A stretch of DNA of 64,000 nucleotides from Candidatus Omnitrophota bacterium (GCA_015231405.1 JADGBR010000001.1:283964-347963); one strand, 5' to 3'; shown: positions 49,827-59,853, counted from the stretch's first letter. The notes: generated by a model not told the origin, from the sequence alone. Numbers and translations: made by a program.

Positions 49827-50357
49827 ATGGTATTTGGTTTCTTTTGGCTGGATATAGTATATTCAGTTATATTTATTTTTTTTGTTTTCAGAGGCTCGCA
49901 AAGGGGCGTTGGTAACCAGATGATCTCGATCATCTGGCTCGTACCTTTGATCGTTTTGCCTTTGGGTTATTACAGACACATAAGCGATAAGCTGTTCGGT
50001 TTTCTTGATAAGGATTGGTCAAGGCCTTTATCTTTTCTACTCATATGCGCCGCGCTGTTCCTGGCGTTGAAATTGATCCCGACTCCCGGAAAAACATCCG
50101 TAGCGGAGGAGTTCTCATTTATCGAGAGGTCATGCGGCGCGTTAGCGGGCGCCATCAAGGCACTGGTCATTCTTGGGTTAATAGGGATACAGCTTTTACT
50201 GCTTCCTTTTCACGAGCTTCATGATTCCGTGAGTAAAGAGGCAAAAGCGCCTATGTATCTTGTAAAGATGGACGCGAATATTTACAGCTGGATGACGTAT
50301 CATACTGATTTCATGAAAAACGAGAAGGGGTCCAAAATAGTAGAAGATATCTCATGA
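49827..50357 (+). CDS. CvpA-family membrane protein (colicin V production protein-like)
   Basis: Four TM helices with CvpA-like topology. Weak similarity call. Confidence 0.45.
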   Translation: MVFGFFWLDIVYSVIFIFFVFRGSQRGVGNQMISIIWLVPLIVLPLGYYRHISDKLFGFLDKDWSRPLSFLLICAALFLALKLIPTPGKTSVAEEFSFIERSCGALAGAIKALVILGLIGIQLLLLPFHELHDSVSKEAKAPMYLVKMDANIYSWMTYHTDFMKNEKGSKIVEDIS

Positions 50358-50361
50358 GGCG

Positions 50362-51351
50362 GTGAGCCCCGCGTCATGTAAAAGAGGTCGAAAATTGAAA
50401 GTTATCGATATTTATAGGAGAGCGGTAAAGAAAGGCATAAAAGAAGATCCCCGCTCACCCGGAGAGATCAACGAATTTCTGGGTAAATACCGAAAAGAAT
50501 ACCGGTTATCGAGAGGTATGTTCAAAGATTGTTTTGACAATGAGTCGCTGTTAAATCCATATGCGGATACCAGGATACTTTTCGGTAATGGCAGCGAAAT
50601 AGTCCGGACTGTTATGGTTGGGATCGACATCGACGTGCCGGAGTTACTTCTCGCGGACAGGCTTCGCGAAAAGGGGACCCGGATCGATCTTGTCATATCG
50701 CATCATCCAAGCGGAAAAGCCCTGGCAAGGCTTGATCAGGTAATGCCGATCCAGCCGGGGATATGGGAAGATTTCGGTTTCAGAAAGGAAGTGGCCAAGG
50801 GCATCATGAGTAAGCGTATTAATGAGGTGCAGAGGGGATTGTCGGGTGGAAATCACTCAAGGGCCGGGGATGCCGCGCGGCTTTTGGGTATACCATTCAT
50901 GTGCGTGCATACACCTGCGGATAATTGCGTGCATTCATATCTTCAGTCACTGTTCGATAAAAAGGCGCCCGTTAGACTGCAGAACGTCATCGATCTGCTT
51001 ATGGGTATACCTGAGTATAAACACGCGATATGCGCTACCGGAATAGCCCCGGGTATTCTCATAGGAGGGGCCAAGGATAAAGCGGGTAAGATCCTGGTCG
51101 ACATGACCGGAGGCGCCCAAGGACCTGACAGTATTTATTCCAGACTATCCCAGGCGGGTGTCGGAACGATTGTTGGCATGCATCTTAAGGAATCGGGCTA
51201 TAAAGCGGCCTCTTCGGAATTCATAAATTACGTCGTTGCGGGGCATATTTCCAGCGACAACCTGGGGATGAACCTGCTCTTCGACGAAATTGACGGTAAG
51301 CGGGAATTACAGTTCATCGAGTGCTCCGGATTCAAGCGTTTTAAAAGGTAA
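50362..51351 (+). CDS. Nif3-family dinuclear-metal-centre protein (YqfO/YbgI-like)
   Basis: HHP...HTPAD...GH motifs. Lies upstream of dnaG-rpoD, as yqfO does in Firmicutes. Confidence 0.65.
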   Translation: MSPASCKRGRKLKVIDIYRRAVKKGIKEDPRSPGEINEFLGKYRKEYRLSRGMFKDCFDNESLLNPYADTRILFGNGSEIVRTVMVGIDIDVPELLLADRLREKGTRIDLVISHHPSGKALARLDQVMPIQPGIWEDFGFRKEVAKGIMSKRINEVQRGLSGGNHSRAGDAARLLGIPFMCVHTPADNCVHSYLQSLFDKKAPVRLQNVIDLLMGIPEYKHAICATGIAPGILIGGAKDKAGKILVDMTGGAQGPDSIYSRLSQAGVGTIVGMHLKESGYKAASSEFINYVVAGHISSDNLGMNLLFDEIDGKRELQFIECSGFKRFKR

Positions 51352-51354
51352 TAT

Positions 51355-53133
51355 ATGGGCCTTATCCCTCAAAATACGATAGATCAGATACTTGACAGGC
51401 TGGACATAGTCGAAGTTATATCCGGTTATATCAGCTTGAAAAAGAACGGGCGGAATTATAAGTCAAATTGTCCGTTCCACAACGAGAAAACGCCTTCATT
51501 CGTTGTTTCAGAGGATAAACAGATCTACCACTGTTTCGGCTGCAGCGCCAGCGGGAACGCGATAGGTTTTGTAATGCAGTATGAGAAAATGACTTTCCCT
51601 GAAGCCGTCCGGGCGCTTGGCGAGAAAACCGGCATAGAAATCCCAGGATCGAACTTTGAAGGCAATTCCGGCGATTCTCCGGTACTTAAGTTATATGAAG
51701 TAAACCAAATTGCCGCTCAGTTCTATCATAACGAGCTTTCCCGCCCTGAAAACCGGAATGTGCTTGAATATCTGCATTCCAGGGGGATACAGAACGCTAC
51801 TATCCGGGAATTCATGATAGGGTTCGCCCCGGATTCATGGGACAGCCTTATTAAACACTCTCATGCGAAGAAGGTAGACGGCGAACTTTTGCGTAAAGCC
51901 GGATTGACCGTCGAAAGCACGAAAGGAAAAAACGATTATGACAGGTTCAGGAACAGGATAACCTTTCCCGTTCTGAACGAGAGGGGCAACGTTATCGCAT
52001 TCGGGGCGAGAGTTCTTGACAAGTCCCTGCCAAAATATTTAAATACCCCGGAAACGCCGATATACACAAAGGGAAAAACCTTGTACGGTCTTAATCTTTC
52101 GAAAGACCATATAAGAGAGAAAAAGTACGTTATCATCGTCGAAGGGTATCTTGACGTTATTATACCTTTTCAGAATGGGATAAAGAACGTCGTAGCCGCC
52201 TCAGGTACAGCGTTGACCGAGAAACAGGTGAAAACAATCAAAAAATACGCTGATACCGCGGTCATTGTATTCGATTCAGATCAGGCAGGGATCATGGCGA
52301 GCCTCAGGGGCCTTGATATCGTTACTGCCGAGGACGTTGTCCTCAAGGTGGCAACTTTGCCTCAAGGCGACGACCCCGATACTTTTGTAAGGGCAAAAGG
52401 GCCGGAGGCCTTCAGGGAAATATTGGAAAAAGCCCCGGATGTTTTCGATTACAAGTTCGATTTTCTCAGGCGCCAGAACCCCGGAAGTTCTCTGACCGAT
52501 AAAGTGAGAATAGTCAAGGAAATGCTGCCAACTCTGGCCAGGATAAACAATGAAGTGATAAGATCGGAGTATCTGAAAAAACTTTCGGAAAGGTTATCCA
52601 TCGACCAGTCCTCGTTAAAACAGGAGCTGGATAAGCTTAAACCGGATATAGCGTACAAGGAAACCGAGGTCCAGGTCATACGCCCAAGGACCATTGTAAC
52701 TGATACGCGGGAACTTTTTCTCCTCGGTTTCGCGATCTCGGCTAAACGATTTCACCTGGCCATTGAAAAAGAGGTAGGTATCGGGGACTTTACAAATGCC
52801 GATGTAAAAAAACTGCTTGAGTCGCTATCCGAAATTTACGTAAAAGAAGAGAGCGTCGGACCGGCGAAATTTCTTGCGAGGATCGAGAACGATGATGCTT
52901 TGATACAGCTGGCCGTAAAGGCACTTGAAAAGGTAGACGTAATACCCGATAAAGAAAAGGATAAGGCCTTGTCCGAATGTATCAGATCGATGAAAAAAGG
53001 CGCGCAAGCCGAGGAGTTGAAGGAGCTTAACGCACGGCTCAGGGAAGCTCAAAGCAGGAGCGACCACGGGGCCGTAAGCACCATACTTGTAAGGCTCGAT
53101 ACAATACACCGGGAGAGGGTATCTAATACGTAA
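51355..53133 (+). CDS. dnaG: DNA primase
   Basis: Zinc ribbon ([11 protein letters not shown]...CFGC), TOPRIM motifs (EGYLD, DSDQAG). Confidence 0.9.
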   Translation: MGLIPQNTIDQILDRLDIVEVISGYISLKKNGRNYKSNCPFHNEKTPSFVVSEDKQIYHCFGCSASGNAIGFVMQYEKMTFPEAVRALGEKTGIEIPGSNFEGNSGDSPVLKLYEVNQIAAQFYHNELSRPENRNVLEYLHSRGIQNATIREFMIGFAPDSWDSLIKHSHAKKVDGELLRKAGLTVESTKGKNDYDRFRNRITFPVLNERGNVIAFGARVLDKSLPKYLNTPETPIYTKGKTLYGLNLSKDHIREKKYVIIVEGYLDVIIPFQNGIKNVVAASGTALTEKQVKTIKKYADTAVIVFDSDQAGIMASLRGLDIVTAEDVVLKVATLPQGDDPDTFVRAKGPEAFREILEKAPDVFDYKFDFLRRQNPGSSLTDKVRIVKEMLPTLARINNEVIRSEYLKKLSERLSIDQSSLKQELDKLKPDIAYKETEVQVIRPRTIVTDTRELFLLGFAISAKRFHLAIEKEVGIGDFTNADVKKLLESLSEIYVKEESVGPAKFLARIENDDALIQLAVKALEKVDVIPDKEKDKALSECIRSMKKGAQAEELKELNARLREAQSRSDHGAVSTILVRLDTIHRERVSNT

Positions 53134-53164
53134 TGCCCGGGTTTTTAAATTTACCACAAAAAAG

Positions 53165-54775
53165 GTGAGGGATATGCCGAGAAAATCAAAAAGCGCCGGT
53201 AACGATGAGTTCAGCGACGACATGGAGCAGGAAAGCGAGCTTCCGAAAAAATCAAAGAATACGCTTGTGCGCGAACTTATTAAAGCCGGCAAGGACAAAG
53301 GCTTCCTCAGCTACGAGGAAGTCAATAATATATTGCCGGACGAGCTCGTCTCAGCCGAAGAGATAGACGACGTCATAATGACGCTTGAGGACGAGGATAT
53401 CAAGGTCGTTTCATCGGAAGAGGAGATAGACAGGGTACCCTTCGTCGTGAAGGAAAAGCAGAAACCCACCGAGTCCAGGAAGTTCGTCCAGATCGACGAC
53501 CCGGTAAAAATGTATCTGAAGCAGATGGGTCAGATATCTCTTCTTTCCAGGAAAGAAGAGCTGGACCTCGCGAAAAGGATCAAAAGCAATGAGAAAGAAG
53601 TTAAGAATATAGTCTTTTCCGTGAACGTCGGTACGGAAAGGGTGCTTGAACAGGTGCTGGAGGCGCTGGACAACCAGTATAACATCGACGAGTACCTTGA
53701 CGTTCTTCCGGGAGCCAATCTCGAGAGGCTGGAAAAAAAATTCAGGGAGCTGATAAAGAGGATCAAACTCTCAAAGAAAAAACCCGTTATCCTTGAGCTT
53801 ATGCATAAGCTCAACGTCGCGATCTCTCTTACGGAAAAAGTCGCCCAGGAGATACTTGGGCCTATGGAAGAGGTAAAACGGCTATATCAAAGGTTCACTA
53901 AACTCAAAAAGACCAGGGCCAAAAAGGAAATGGCCGAAGTGCAGAAGGCTTTACGCAATGAGACAAGAAAACTAGGCGTCTCAGCCGAGCAGGTCGCCCA
54001 GGACGTTGACGCCATAAGGCAGATACAGGCTGAGTATACTAAAGCGAAAAAAGAGCTCGTAGCGGCTAATTTACGGCTTGTTGTGAGTATCGCAAAAAAA
54101 TATACCAATAGGGGACTTTCCTTCCTGGACCTTATACAGGAAGGGAACATGGGCCTCATGAAGGCCGTCGATAAATTTGAATACGAAAGAGGTTATAAAT
54201 TCAGCACTTACGCGACATGGTGGATACGTCAGGCTATAACCAGGTCGATCGCAGACCAGTCAAGGACAATAAGGATACCGGTCCACATGACCGAAACGAT
54301 AAACAAGCTTGTGAGGGTCACAAGGTCTCTTGTCCAGAAGAACGGAAGAGAACCAACCCCGGAAGAGATCGGCCATGAGATGGAACTCCCCGTGGAAAAA
54401 GTTAGGGGCATAATTAAGATAGCCCAGCACCCCATATCCCTTGAGACGCCTATCGGAGACGAAGGCGATACGAATTTCGGGGACTTCATTGAGGATAAGT
54501 CCGCTGTTTCGCCGGCAACGGCCACCGCGTACGCCATGCTTAAAGAACAGATGGATGACGTCCTTGAGACGCTCACAGAGCGTGAAAGGAAAGTCCTGGT
54601 CCTTCGTTTCGGGATCGGTGACGGATGTCCCAGGACGCTCGAGGAGGTCGGCAAGATCTTCAATGTAACGAGGGAAAGGGTGCGACAGATCGAGGCTAAA
54701 GCGCTAAAAAAACTGAGGCATCCGATAAGGGCGAAAAAACTGAAGAATTTTCTCGATCTGGGATACTCGGATTGA
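53165..54775 (+). CDS. rpoD: RNA polymerase primary sigma factor (sigma-70)
   Basis: Regions 1.1, 1.2, 2 ([12 protein letters not shown]), 3 and 4 ([14 protein letters not shown]). Confidence 0.95.
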   Translation: MRDMPRKSKSAGNDEFSDDMEQESELPKKSKNTLVRELIKAGKDKGFLSYEEVNNILPDELVSAEEIDDVIMTLEDEDIKVVSSEEEIDRVPFVVKEKQKPTESRKFVQIDDPVKMYLKQMGQISLLSRKEELDLAKRIKSNEKEVKNIVFSVNVGTERVLEQVLEALDNQYNIDEYLDVLPGANLERLEKKFRELIKRIKLSKKKPVILELMHKLNVAISLTEKVAQEILGPMEEVKRLYQRFTKLKKTRAKKEMAEVQKALRNETRKLGVSAEQVAQDVDAIRQIQAEYTKAKKELVAANLRLVVSIAKKYTNRGLSFLDLIQEGNMGLMKAVDKFEYERGYKFSTYATWWIRQAITRSIADQSRTIRIPVHMTETINKLVRVTRSLVQKNGREPTPEEIGHEMELPVEKVRGIIKIAQHPISLETPIGDEGDTNFGDFIEDKSAVSPATATAYAMLKEQMDDVLETLTERERKVLVLRFGIGDGCPRTLEEVGKIFNVTRERVRQIEAKALKKLRHPIRAKKLKNFLDLGYSD

Positions 54776-54798
54776 TCTCTTAAAAGGGACCATCGTTA

Positions 54799-55191
54799 AT
54801 GTCTACAAGAAAGATCACATCTTTAAAAGCGCCTATACCTGTAGGTCCTTATTCTCAGGCCGTCGAAGTAGGTGGTTTTCTGTTCGTTTCAGGCCAGATC
54901 CCCATCGATCCGGCATCGGGTGAAATAGCTGGAACCGGGGGGATAAAAGACGATACGCGTATCGTCCTGGGACATATCGTCAATATCCTGGCTGAGATCG
55001 GTCTCGAATTGTCAGATATCGTTAAGGTTGAGGTGTTTCTAAAGGATCTTGGAGATCTTAAGGATATGAACGAAGTGTACTCCATTTTTTTTCATGGTGA
55101 AATACAGCCTGCACGAGTCGTTATTGAGGCCGCAAAATTGCCGAAGAACGCCAGGATCGAGATGTCATGTATCGCGGTGAAGAGAGCGTAG
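54799..55191 (+). CDS. ridA: RidA/YjgF-family reactive-intermediate deaminase
   Basis: PVGPYSQAV...GQIP...ARV...LP...IE motifs. 130 aa. Confidence 0.8.
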   Translation: MSTRKITSLKAPIPVGPYSQAVEVGGFLFVSGQIPIDPASGEIAGTGGIKDDTRIVLGHIVNILAEIGLELSDIVKVEVFLKDLGDLKDMNEVYSIFFHGEIQPARVVIEAAKLPKNARIEMSCIAVKRA

Positions 55192-55266
55192 GTCGAAACT
55201 GTTGACCGAAGACCGTCGATCACGGTCTTTTTCGATAAAAAGGAAAATAGTTTTGGATGTTGATGA

Positions 55267-56004
55267 ATGAAGATTGGCAGGTTTAGTCATAGAGGGGAGA
55301 TCTATACCGGTATTGTTGAAGGTGGATCGATATCGGTTAACGGCCAAAAAAACAGGACATACGATATCGGGGATATAAAGCTCCTTTCTCCGGTCCTTCC
55401 TTCAAAGATAATCTGCGTGGGACTTAATTATAAAGACCACGCGTCGGAACTTGGCATGAATATTCCCGAAGAACCGGTAATATTCATGAAACCATCCACG
55501 GCTCTCATAGGCCCTAATGACTGTATTGTAAGGCCCGGGAAAGGGATAAGGGTCGATCATGAGGCTGAGCTTGCCATTGTCGTAGGAAAACCCGCAAAAA
55601 ACATAGAACCCGAGGACGCATCAGGGCATATCCTTGGCTACACCTGTTTGAATGATATTACAGCGCGCGACATACAGAAAAAGGACGGACAGTGGACAAG
55701 GTGTAAATCTTTCGATACATTCTGCCCGGTCGGACCATGGGTTGAAACAGAGATAGATATCTCCGACCTTCGTGTGCGCGCTTTAGTTAACGGGGTAATA
55801 AAGCAGGATTCTTCTACGCGGGAACTGATATTCGGGATAGATTATATCGTGAGTTTCATCTCGAAGATAATGACGCTCTTACCGGGGGACATAATAGCTA
55901 CGGGAACTCCTCCAGGCGTAGGGCCGTTATCCGACGGCGATGTGGTTGCAGTCGAGATCGACGGGATAGGAAAATTAACGAATTATTTTAAAGGGATGGA
56001 ATGA
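55267..56004 (+). CDS. Fumarylacetoacetate hydrolase (FAH) family protein
   Basis: FAH fold motifs (KIICVGLNY, HEAELAIV, ARD) with metal-binding E..E..D. Confidence 0.8.
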   Translation: MKIGRFSHRGEIYTGIVEGGSISVNGQKNRTYDIGDIKLLSPVLPSKIICVGLNYKDHASELGMNIPEEPVIFMKPSTALIGPNDCIVRPGKGIRVDHEAELAIVVGKPAKNIEPEDASGHILGYTCLNDITARDIQKKDGQWTRCKSFDTFCPVGPWVETEIDISDLRVRALVNGVIKQDSSTRELIFGIDYIVSFISKIMTLLPGDIIATGTPPGVGPLSDGDVVAVEIDGIGKLTNYFKGME

Positions 56005-56447
56005 AAGCTGTCATACAGAGAGTCAGAAGCGCCAGTGTTACCATTAACGGCGATATATCTAGAGAGATCGGCAAAGGCATGGTAATTCTAGCCGGCATTC
56101 AAAAAGGGGATACGGAGGCCGACGTTATAAAAACGGCCGTGAAAATAACAAAACTCCGGTTATTCGAGGATGATCAAGGCAAAATGAACCTCGATATAAA
56201 TGCCGCGGGCGGGGAGATATTGAGCGTATCGCAGTTCACCCTGCTTGGGGATCTCAGTTCCGGCAATAGGCCGGGATTTGACGACGCTGAAGTCCCGCAA
56301 AAGGCAAAAATATTATGGGAATTGTTCAATTGTGCTATAATCAAACAAGGTATATCGGTGAAAATCGGTGATTTTGGCGCCATAATGTTGGTAAAAATAT
56401 TCAATGACGGCCCGGTCACTTTCGTTTTGGACTCAAAATATTCCTAG
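56001..56447 (+). CDS. dtd: D-aminoacyl-tRNA deacylase
   Basis: MKAVIQRV...SQFTL and the C-terminal GP motif. 148 aa. Confidence 0.85.
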   Translation: MKAVIQRVRSASVTINGDISREIGKGMVILAGIQKGDTEADVIKTAVKITKLRLFEDDQGKMNLDINAAGGEILSVSQFTLLGDLSSGNRPGFDDAEVPQKAKILWELFNCAIIKQGISVKIGDFGAIMLVKIFNDGPVTFVLDSKYS

Positions 56448-56554
56448 GGGAAGCGTTCATTATGGGAAAGATCAAAGTTGAAATACCGGATAATGTTAAA
56501 CTTGAAGCATAGAATGTTAAAAACTGGCCCATATGGGAAAAGGAAGAAAATATT

Positions 56555-57034
56555 ATGATAAAAGTTAAACATCTAATACTGACACTAATGATCGTATCCG
56601 GAATTTTTATTTTTGGTGCTAACCCGGCTCTTTCTGCTGACGGTCCTATGGGAATAGGGATACCTCTTTCGGGTGGATCCGAAGAGCCTAATTATGATCT
56701 TTGTCAGCAGGGCGTGCAGGTTGTGACGGATTTTATTAAGTTGTGGGAGACAGGGCGCTTCGAAAAAATGTATGAGCTGATAGATGATCCTTCTAAGGAC
56801 GGATATCCGCTTGAAGACGCGGTTTTTGATCTGCGGCTCCTGACATACAAGGATTATCAAATAAGCCGGATATCTGAACTTGAGAACGGTAATTTCGAGT
56901 TCCTTTTGAGTTACGGCGACTGGAAAGGCGGCGATAAAGATCTGAAGAAAATGATAATAAGCGGTAAAACATTCAAGATAATCATGCCTGCAAAAAATAC
57001 ATTTTTTAAGGTTTCGCAGGCCGATTATTTCTAG
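56555..57034 (+). CDS. Hypothetical secreted protein
   Basis: Signal peptide (LILTLMIVSGIFIFGANPALSA). No family recognised. Confidence 0.4.
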   Translation: MIKVKHLILTLMIVSGIFIFGANPALSADGPMGIGIPLSGGSEEPNYDLCQQGVQVVTDFIKLWETGRFEKMYELIDDPSKDGYPLEDAVFDLRLLTYKDYQISRISELENGNFEFLLSYGDWKGGDKDLKKMIISGKTFKIIMPAKNTFFKVSQADYF

Positions 57035-57203
57035 ACAATAAATCAATGGGAATGCCTGTTCTATAGCCCGGCGTCATCCACGCAGAAATATTCACATTTC
57101 CCCATCACCCCAAGGATCGTAGCATGATCCTTTTTCGATCCAAGCTTCGGGGGGATGACTTCAAACATTAAAAGCGTATAGGAAACAAAAGATGTTTTTT
57201 TAT

Positions 57204-57232
57204 TTGACAAGTATTAATACTTGTTGTATACT
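57204..57232 (+). promoter_or_regulatory. Consensus sigma-70 promoter (TTGACA-N17-TATACT) with a 16-bp perfect palindrome CAAGTATTAATACTTG in the spacer (putative autoregulatory operator)
   Basis: TTGACA at 57204-57209 and TATACT at 57227-57232. Palindrome at 57208-57223. AAGGAGG SD at 57241-57247, ATG at 57253. Confidence 0.6.
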
Positions 57233-57252
57233 TGTTATAAAAGGAGGTCATC

Positions 57253-57426
57253 ATGCCATGGACAAATAAATTCAGGTTCTTCGCTACTGTTTCGGACAGG
57301 GGGCAGATATTCATACCCAAAGCTTTGCAGAATTATTTCAGGATAAATTCAAGGGATAAAGTCGCTTTCGAGGTGGAAGACGACGGTAAAGTTGTGTTCC
57401 GCAAACAGAAAGGAGCAGATCAATGA
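57253..57426 (+). CDS. AbrB/MazE-type (SpoVT/AbrB swapped-hairpin) DNA-binding protein, 57 aa (putative antitoxin/autorepressor)
   Basis: Translation MPWTNKFRFFATVSDRGQIFIPKALQNYFRINSRDKVAFEVEDDGKVVFRKQKGADQ. Fits the AbrB/MazE pattern (..GQ..IP...R......GD.V....DG..V..K). Below the ORF-track size cutoff. Confidence 0.65.
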   Translation: MPWTNKFRFFATVSDRGQIFIPKALQNYFRINSRDKVAFEVEDDGKVVFRKQKGADQ

Positions 57427-57611
57427 CAGAAAAAAAACATCTCCATGAGTGCGATCTTGCCGGCTCGTTGTACGATAAACGTATAACGAAGATGAGCGGC
57501 ACACTGCTACCCGGGACCAAGGACAGGGAAAAAGACATGAGGAAAGTCTATAATAAGTTCTACAAGGACCAGATCGACGCGATCTATAAGAGCATCCATA
57601 ACGGCAAATAG
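57423..57611 (+). CDS. Hypothetical 62-aa basic protein, translationally coupled (ATGA overlap) to the AbrB-like gene. Candidate toxin/partner of unknown family.
   Basis: Its start overlaps the upstream stop by 4 nt. Lys-rich, no recognisable motif. Followed by a terminator. Confidence 0.4.
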   Translation: MTEKKHLHECDLAGSLYDKRITKMSGTLLPGTKDREKDMRKVYNKFYKDQIDAIYKSIHNGK

Positions 57612-57664
57612 GCGGATATTCGGTTGAGAAGTGTTATGACAATATGACAGGCCCTGTACTATCC

Positions 57665-57691
57665 CATAGGCCATGGCCTATGTTCTTTTCG
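57665..57691 (+). terminator. Rho-independent terminator (perfect 18-bp palindrome CATAGGCCATGGCCTATG + T-tract)
   Basis: Seen directly in the sequence, 50 nt after the stop of the 62-aa ORF. Confidence 0.65.
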
Positions 57692-57782
57692 CAATTAGTG
57701 TTTTTTGATTGATAAAACCTGCCGTAATTAGTATCCTAATAGCGTTATTTCATAATAATATTACCATTTAAGGGGGGGTAAA

Positions 57783-58997
57783 ATGGCTACGATCAAAAAT
57801 ATCGGTATTATCACTTCTGGCGGTGACTGCGGCGGGCTCAACGGTGTAGTAAAAGGTGCTTCTCTTATGGCAGTAAGCGAAGGCATGAAATGTTTTGTTA
57901 TTCCAAACGGATACGCCGGGCTATATAACCTGATAGATTTCGACAAGATAACCGAATTGACAATATCCAGGTCCGAAATGATAAACGCGAACCTGTCTGG
58001 GTCAGAAGCAGGACACTCCCGCGTCAAGGTCAAGAAAATCAAGGATGACAATAAATATAACCGGATCAAGGACGGGCTCAAGAAATTCTCCATCGATGCG
58101 TTGATAATCAGCGGCGGCGATGATACCGGTAGCGTAGTGGTCGACCTTTCTAAGGAAGGGATACCCTGCGTGCATGTTCCCAAAACCATGGACCTCGATC
58201 TCCAGACTTATTCTGTCGGAGGCGACTCTACGATTAACAGGATATCCGAGTATTGCAACGATCTGAAAACAACGGGAAGGACACATAACAGGATCATAGT
58301 CGTTGAGGTATTCGGCCGATACGCGGGTCATACCGCTTTCAGGGGCGGAATAGCCGCAGACGCCGACGCAATACTTATCCCTGAGATACCCGTGGATCTT
58401 AACGTTCTATACAGGCATATCAAGAACACATTTACGCTTCGTATCAGGGAAAGCGATGTTTATGCCGGAACTTACCTTATCGTCGTAGCGGAAGGCTTAA
58501 AGGACGCTTCAGGCAAGGAACTCGTCGACGAGAGCGCAGGGATCGACTCCTTCGGCCATAAGAAGCTCGCCGGTGCCGGGAAATATGTCTGCCAGCAGAT
58601 ATCAAAGATCATGAAGGGCGACCCTGACATAAAGCAGTTCATGAAAGATACCCATATGTTCGTCGAAGGCCTTTATGAGATCCCTGAGGCAAGGGACGTC
58701 ACGCCCGGTCACCTTGTCAGGGCAGGGAATAGCAGCGCTTATGACGTTAATTTCGGGCTTGAGGGCGGCGCGGCCGCGGTACAGCTCCTCAAGAACGGGA
58801 TCATCGGTAAAACTGTGGTCGGAATGATGGGCAATAAGGTCCGTTATATGGATACGGAAAAGGCCATACAGCAGAGGCATGTTGACCCGGCCATTGTCGC
58901 ACTTCATGAGAAACTGAACGTTTGTTTTGGCCGTGAGATCCCGGCATATTCGCCGGAATTCATACACGTTCAAACACAACCGGAACGATATCTCTGA
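57783..58997 (+). CDS. pfp: 6-phosphofructokinase, probably pyrophosphate-dependent (PPi-PFK)
   Basis: PFK fold (GIITSGGDCGGLN). GGDDT (Asp at the E. coli Gly104 position) and PKTMDLD (Lys at the Gly124 position) match the PPi-specificity signature. Confidence 0.75.
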   Translation: MATIKNIGIITSGGDCGGLNGVVKGASLMAVSEGMKCFVIPNGYAGLYNLIDFDKITELTISRSEMINANLSGSEAGHSRVKVKKIKDDNKYNRIKDGLKKFSIDALIISGGDDTGSVVVDLSKEGIPCVHVPKTMDLDLQTYSVGGDSTINRISEYCNDLKTTGRTHNRIIVVEVFGRYAGHTAFRGGIAADADAILIPEIPVDLNVLYRHIKNTFTLRIRESDVYAGTYLIVVAEGLKDASGKELVDESAGIDSFGHKKLAGAGKYVCQQISKIMKGDPDIKQFMKDTHMFVEGLYEIPEARDVTPGHLVRAGNSSAYDVNFGLEGGAAAVQLLKNGIIGKTVVGMMGNKVRYMDTEKAIQQRHVDPAIVALHEKLNVCFGREIPAYSPEFIHVQTQPERYL

Positions 58998-59431
58998 TGC
59001 GATCCGCTCTCGTGAGGAGAGGAAGGTCCTATATCGTGAGGTTCGACCACGGAGAAGACCTTAATTCCGGGCTCAAAAAGTTCGTGTCTGAAAACTCGAT
59101 AAAAACAGCGACGGTAACTCTTTTAGGGGCGATCGAGAAAGGCGAGTTGGTCACAGGCCCCGAGAGACCCGTTCTACCCGCCGAACCCCACTGGGTCAGA
59201 TTCGAAAACGTATGGGAGTTGTTTGGCACGGGGATAATCACGTTTAAAGACGGGGAGGTCTCACTTCATATACATTCATCACTTGGTAAAGACTCGAAAA
59301 CTCTGGTTGGGTGCCTCAGAAAGGAAGCAATGGTATTTGTAACGGTAGAGGCCTTTATTCAGGAGATCATCACCGACGGTATGACACGTGAATTCGACGC
59401 CACGTCAGGTTGTTCACTGCTTTCATTATGA
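58997..59431 (+). CDS. PPC/DUF296-domain protein
   Basis: A ~120 aa beta-rich domain with LTLLGAIEKGEL...GEVSLHIHSSLG, reminiscent of the PCC/DUF296 fold. Low certainty. Confidence 0.45.
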   Translation: MRSALVRRGRSYIVRFDHGEDLNSGLKKFVSENSIKTATVTLLGAIEKGELVTGPERPVLPAEPHWVRFENVWELFGTGIITFKDGEVSLHIHSSLGKDSKTLVGCLRKEAMVFVTVEAFIQEIITDGMTREFDATSGCSLLSL

Positions 59432-59542
59432 TATCGACATTCAGGATATTTTGCCTTGTAAATGCTTTTAGCACTATGATATAATTAGCGCTCGAATTCA
59501 TTGATGGTTGAACTCGGATTTTTTCGGGTAGAATTTTACGGT

Positions 59543-59619
59543 GGGGGCTTAGCTCAGTTGGTTAGAGCAACTGACTCATAATCAGTGGGTCCAAGGTTCA
59601 AGTCCTTGAGCCCCCACCA
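59543..59619 (+). tRNA. tRNA with CAT anticodon: elongator tRNA-Met or tRNA-Ile2 (lysidine). Not initiator.
   Basis: 77 nt cloverleaf. Anticodon loop CTCATAA. G1:C72 paired and no three-GC anticodon stem, so not fMet. T-arm GGTTCAAGTCC resembles ileX-type as much as metT-type. Confidence 0.8.
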
Positions 59620-59648
59620 ATAAAAATTTGCGAGGCAAATTTTTATCG

Positions 59649-59725
59649 GGGCGCATAGCTCAGCTGGTTAGAGCGCATGCCTCACATGCATGAGGTCAGA
59701 GGTTCAAGTCCTCTTGCGCCCACCA
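59649..59725 (+). tRNA. tRNA-Val (anticodon CAC)
   Basis: 77 nt cloverleaf. Acceptor GGGCGCA/TGCGCCC, anticodon stem CATGC/GCATG, loop CTCACAT, CCA encoded. Confidence 0.8.
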
Positions 59726-59853
59726 GTAAATTTTACAAAGAAAAAAAATACATTGATTATGAACATCAAGAAGAAAACGATAATAAGGCACCAGAAGTTC
59801 AAACGCGCTCAAACGCTCCTGTGCTCTAAGGCTTAAACTGTAAAACGAGGCGT

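Noticed and set aside
56465-56515. 16-codon mini-ORF (MGKIKVEIPDNVKLEA) between dtd and the secreted hypothetical gene
   Set aside because: Too short, no SD of note, no distinctive composition. Most likely chance.
59543-59619. Initiator tRNA-fMet
   Set aside because: Position 1 pairs with 72 (G:C), and the anticodon stem lacks the three consecutive G:C pairs characteristic of bacterial initiators.
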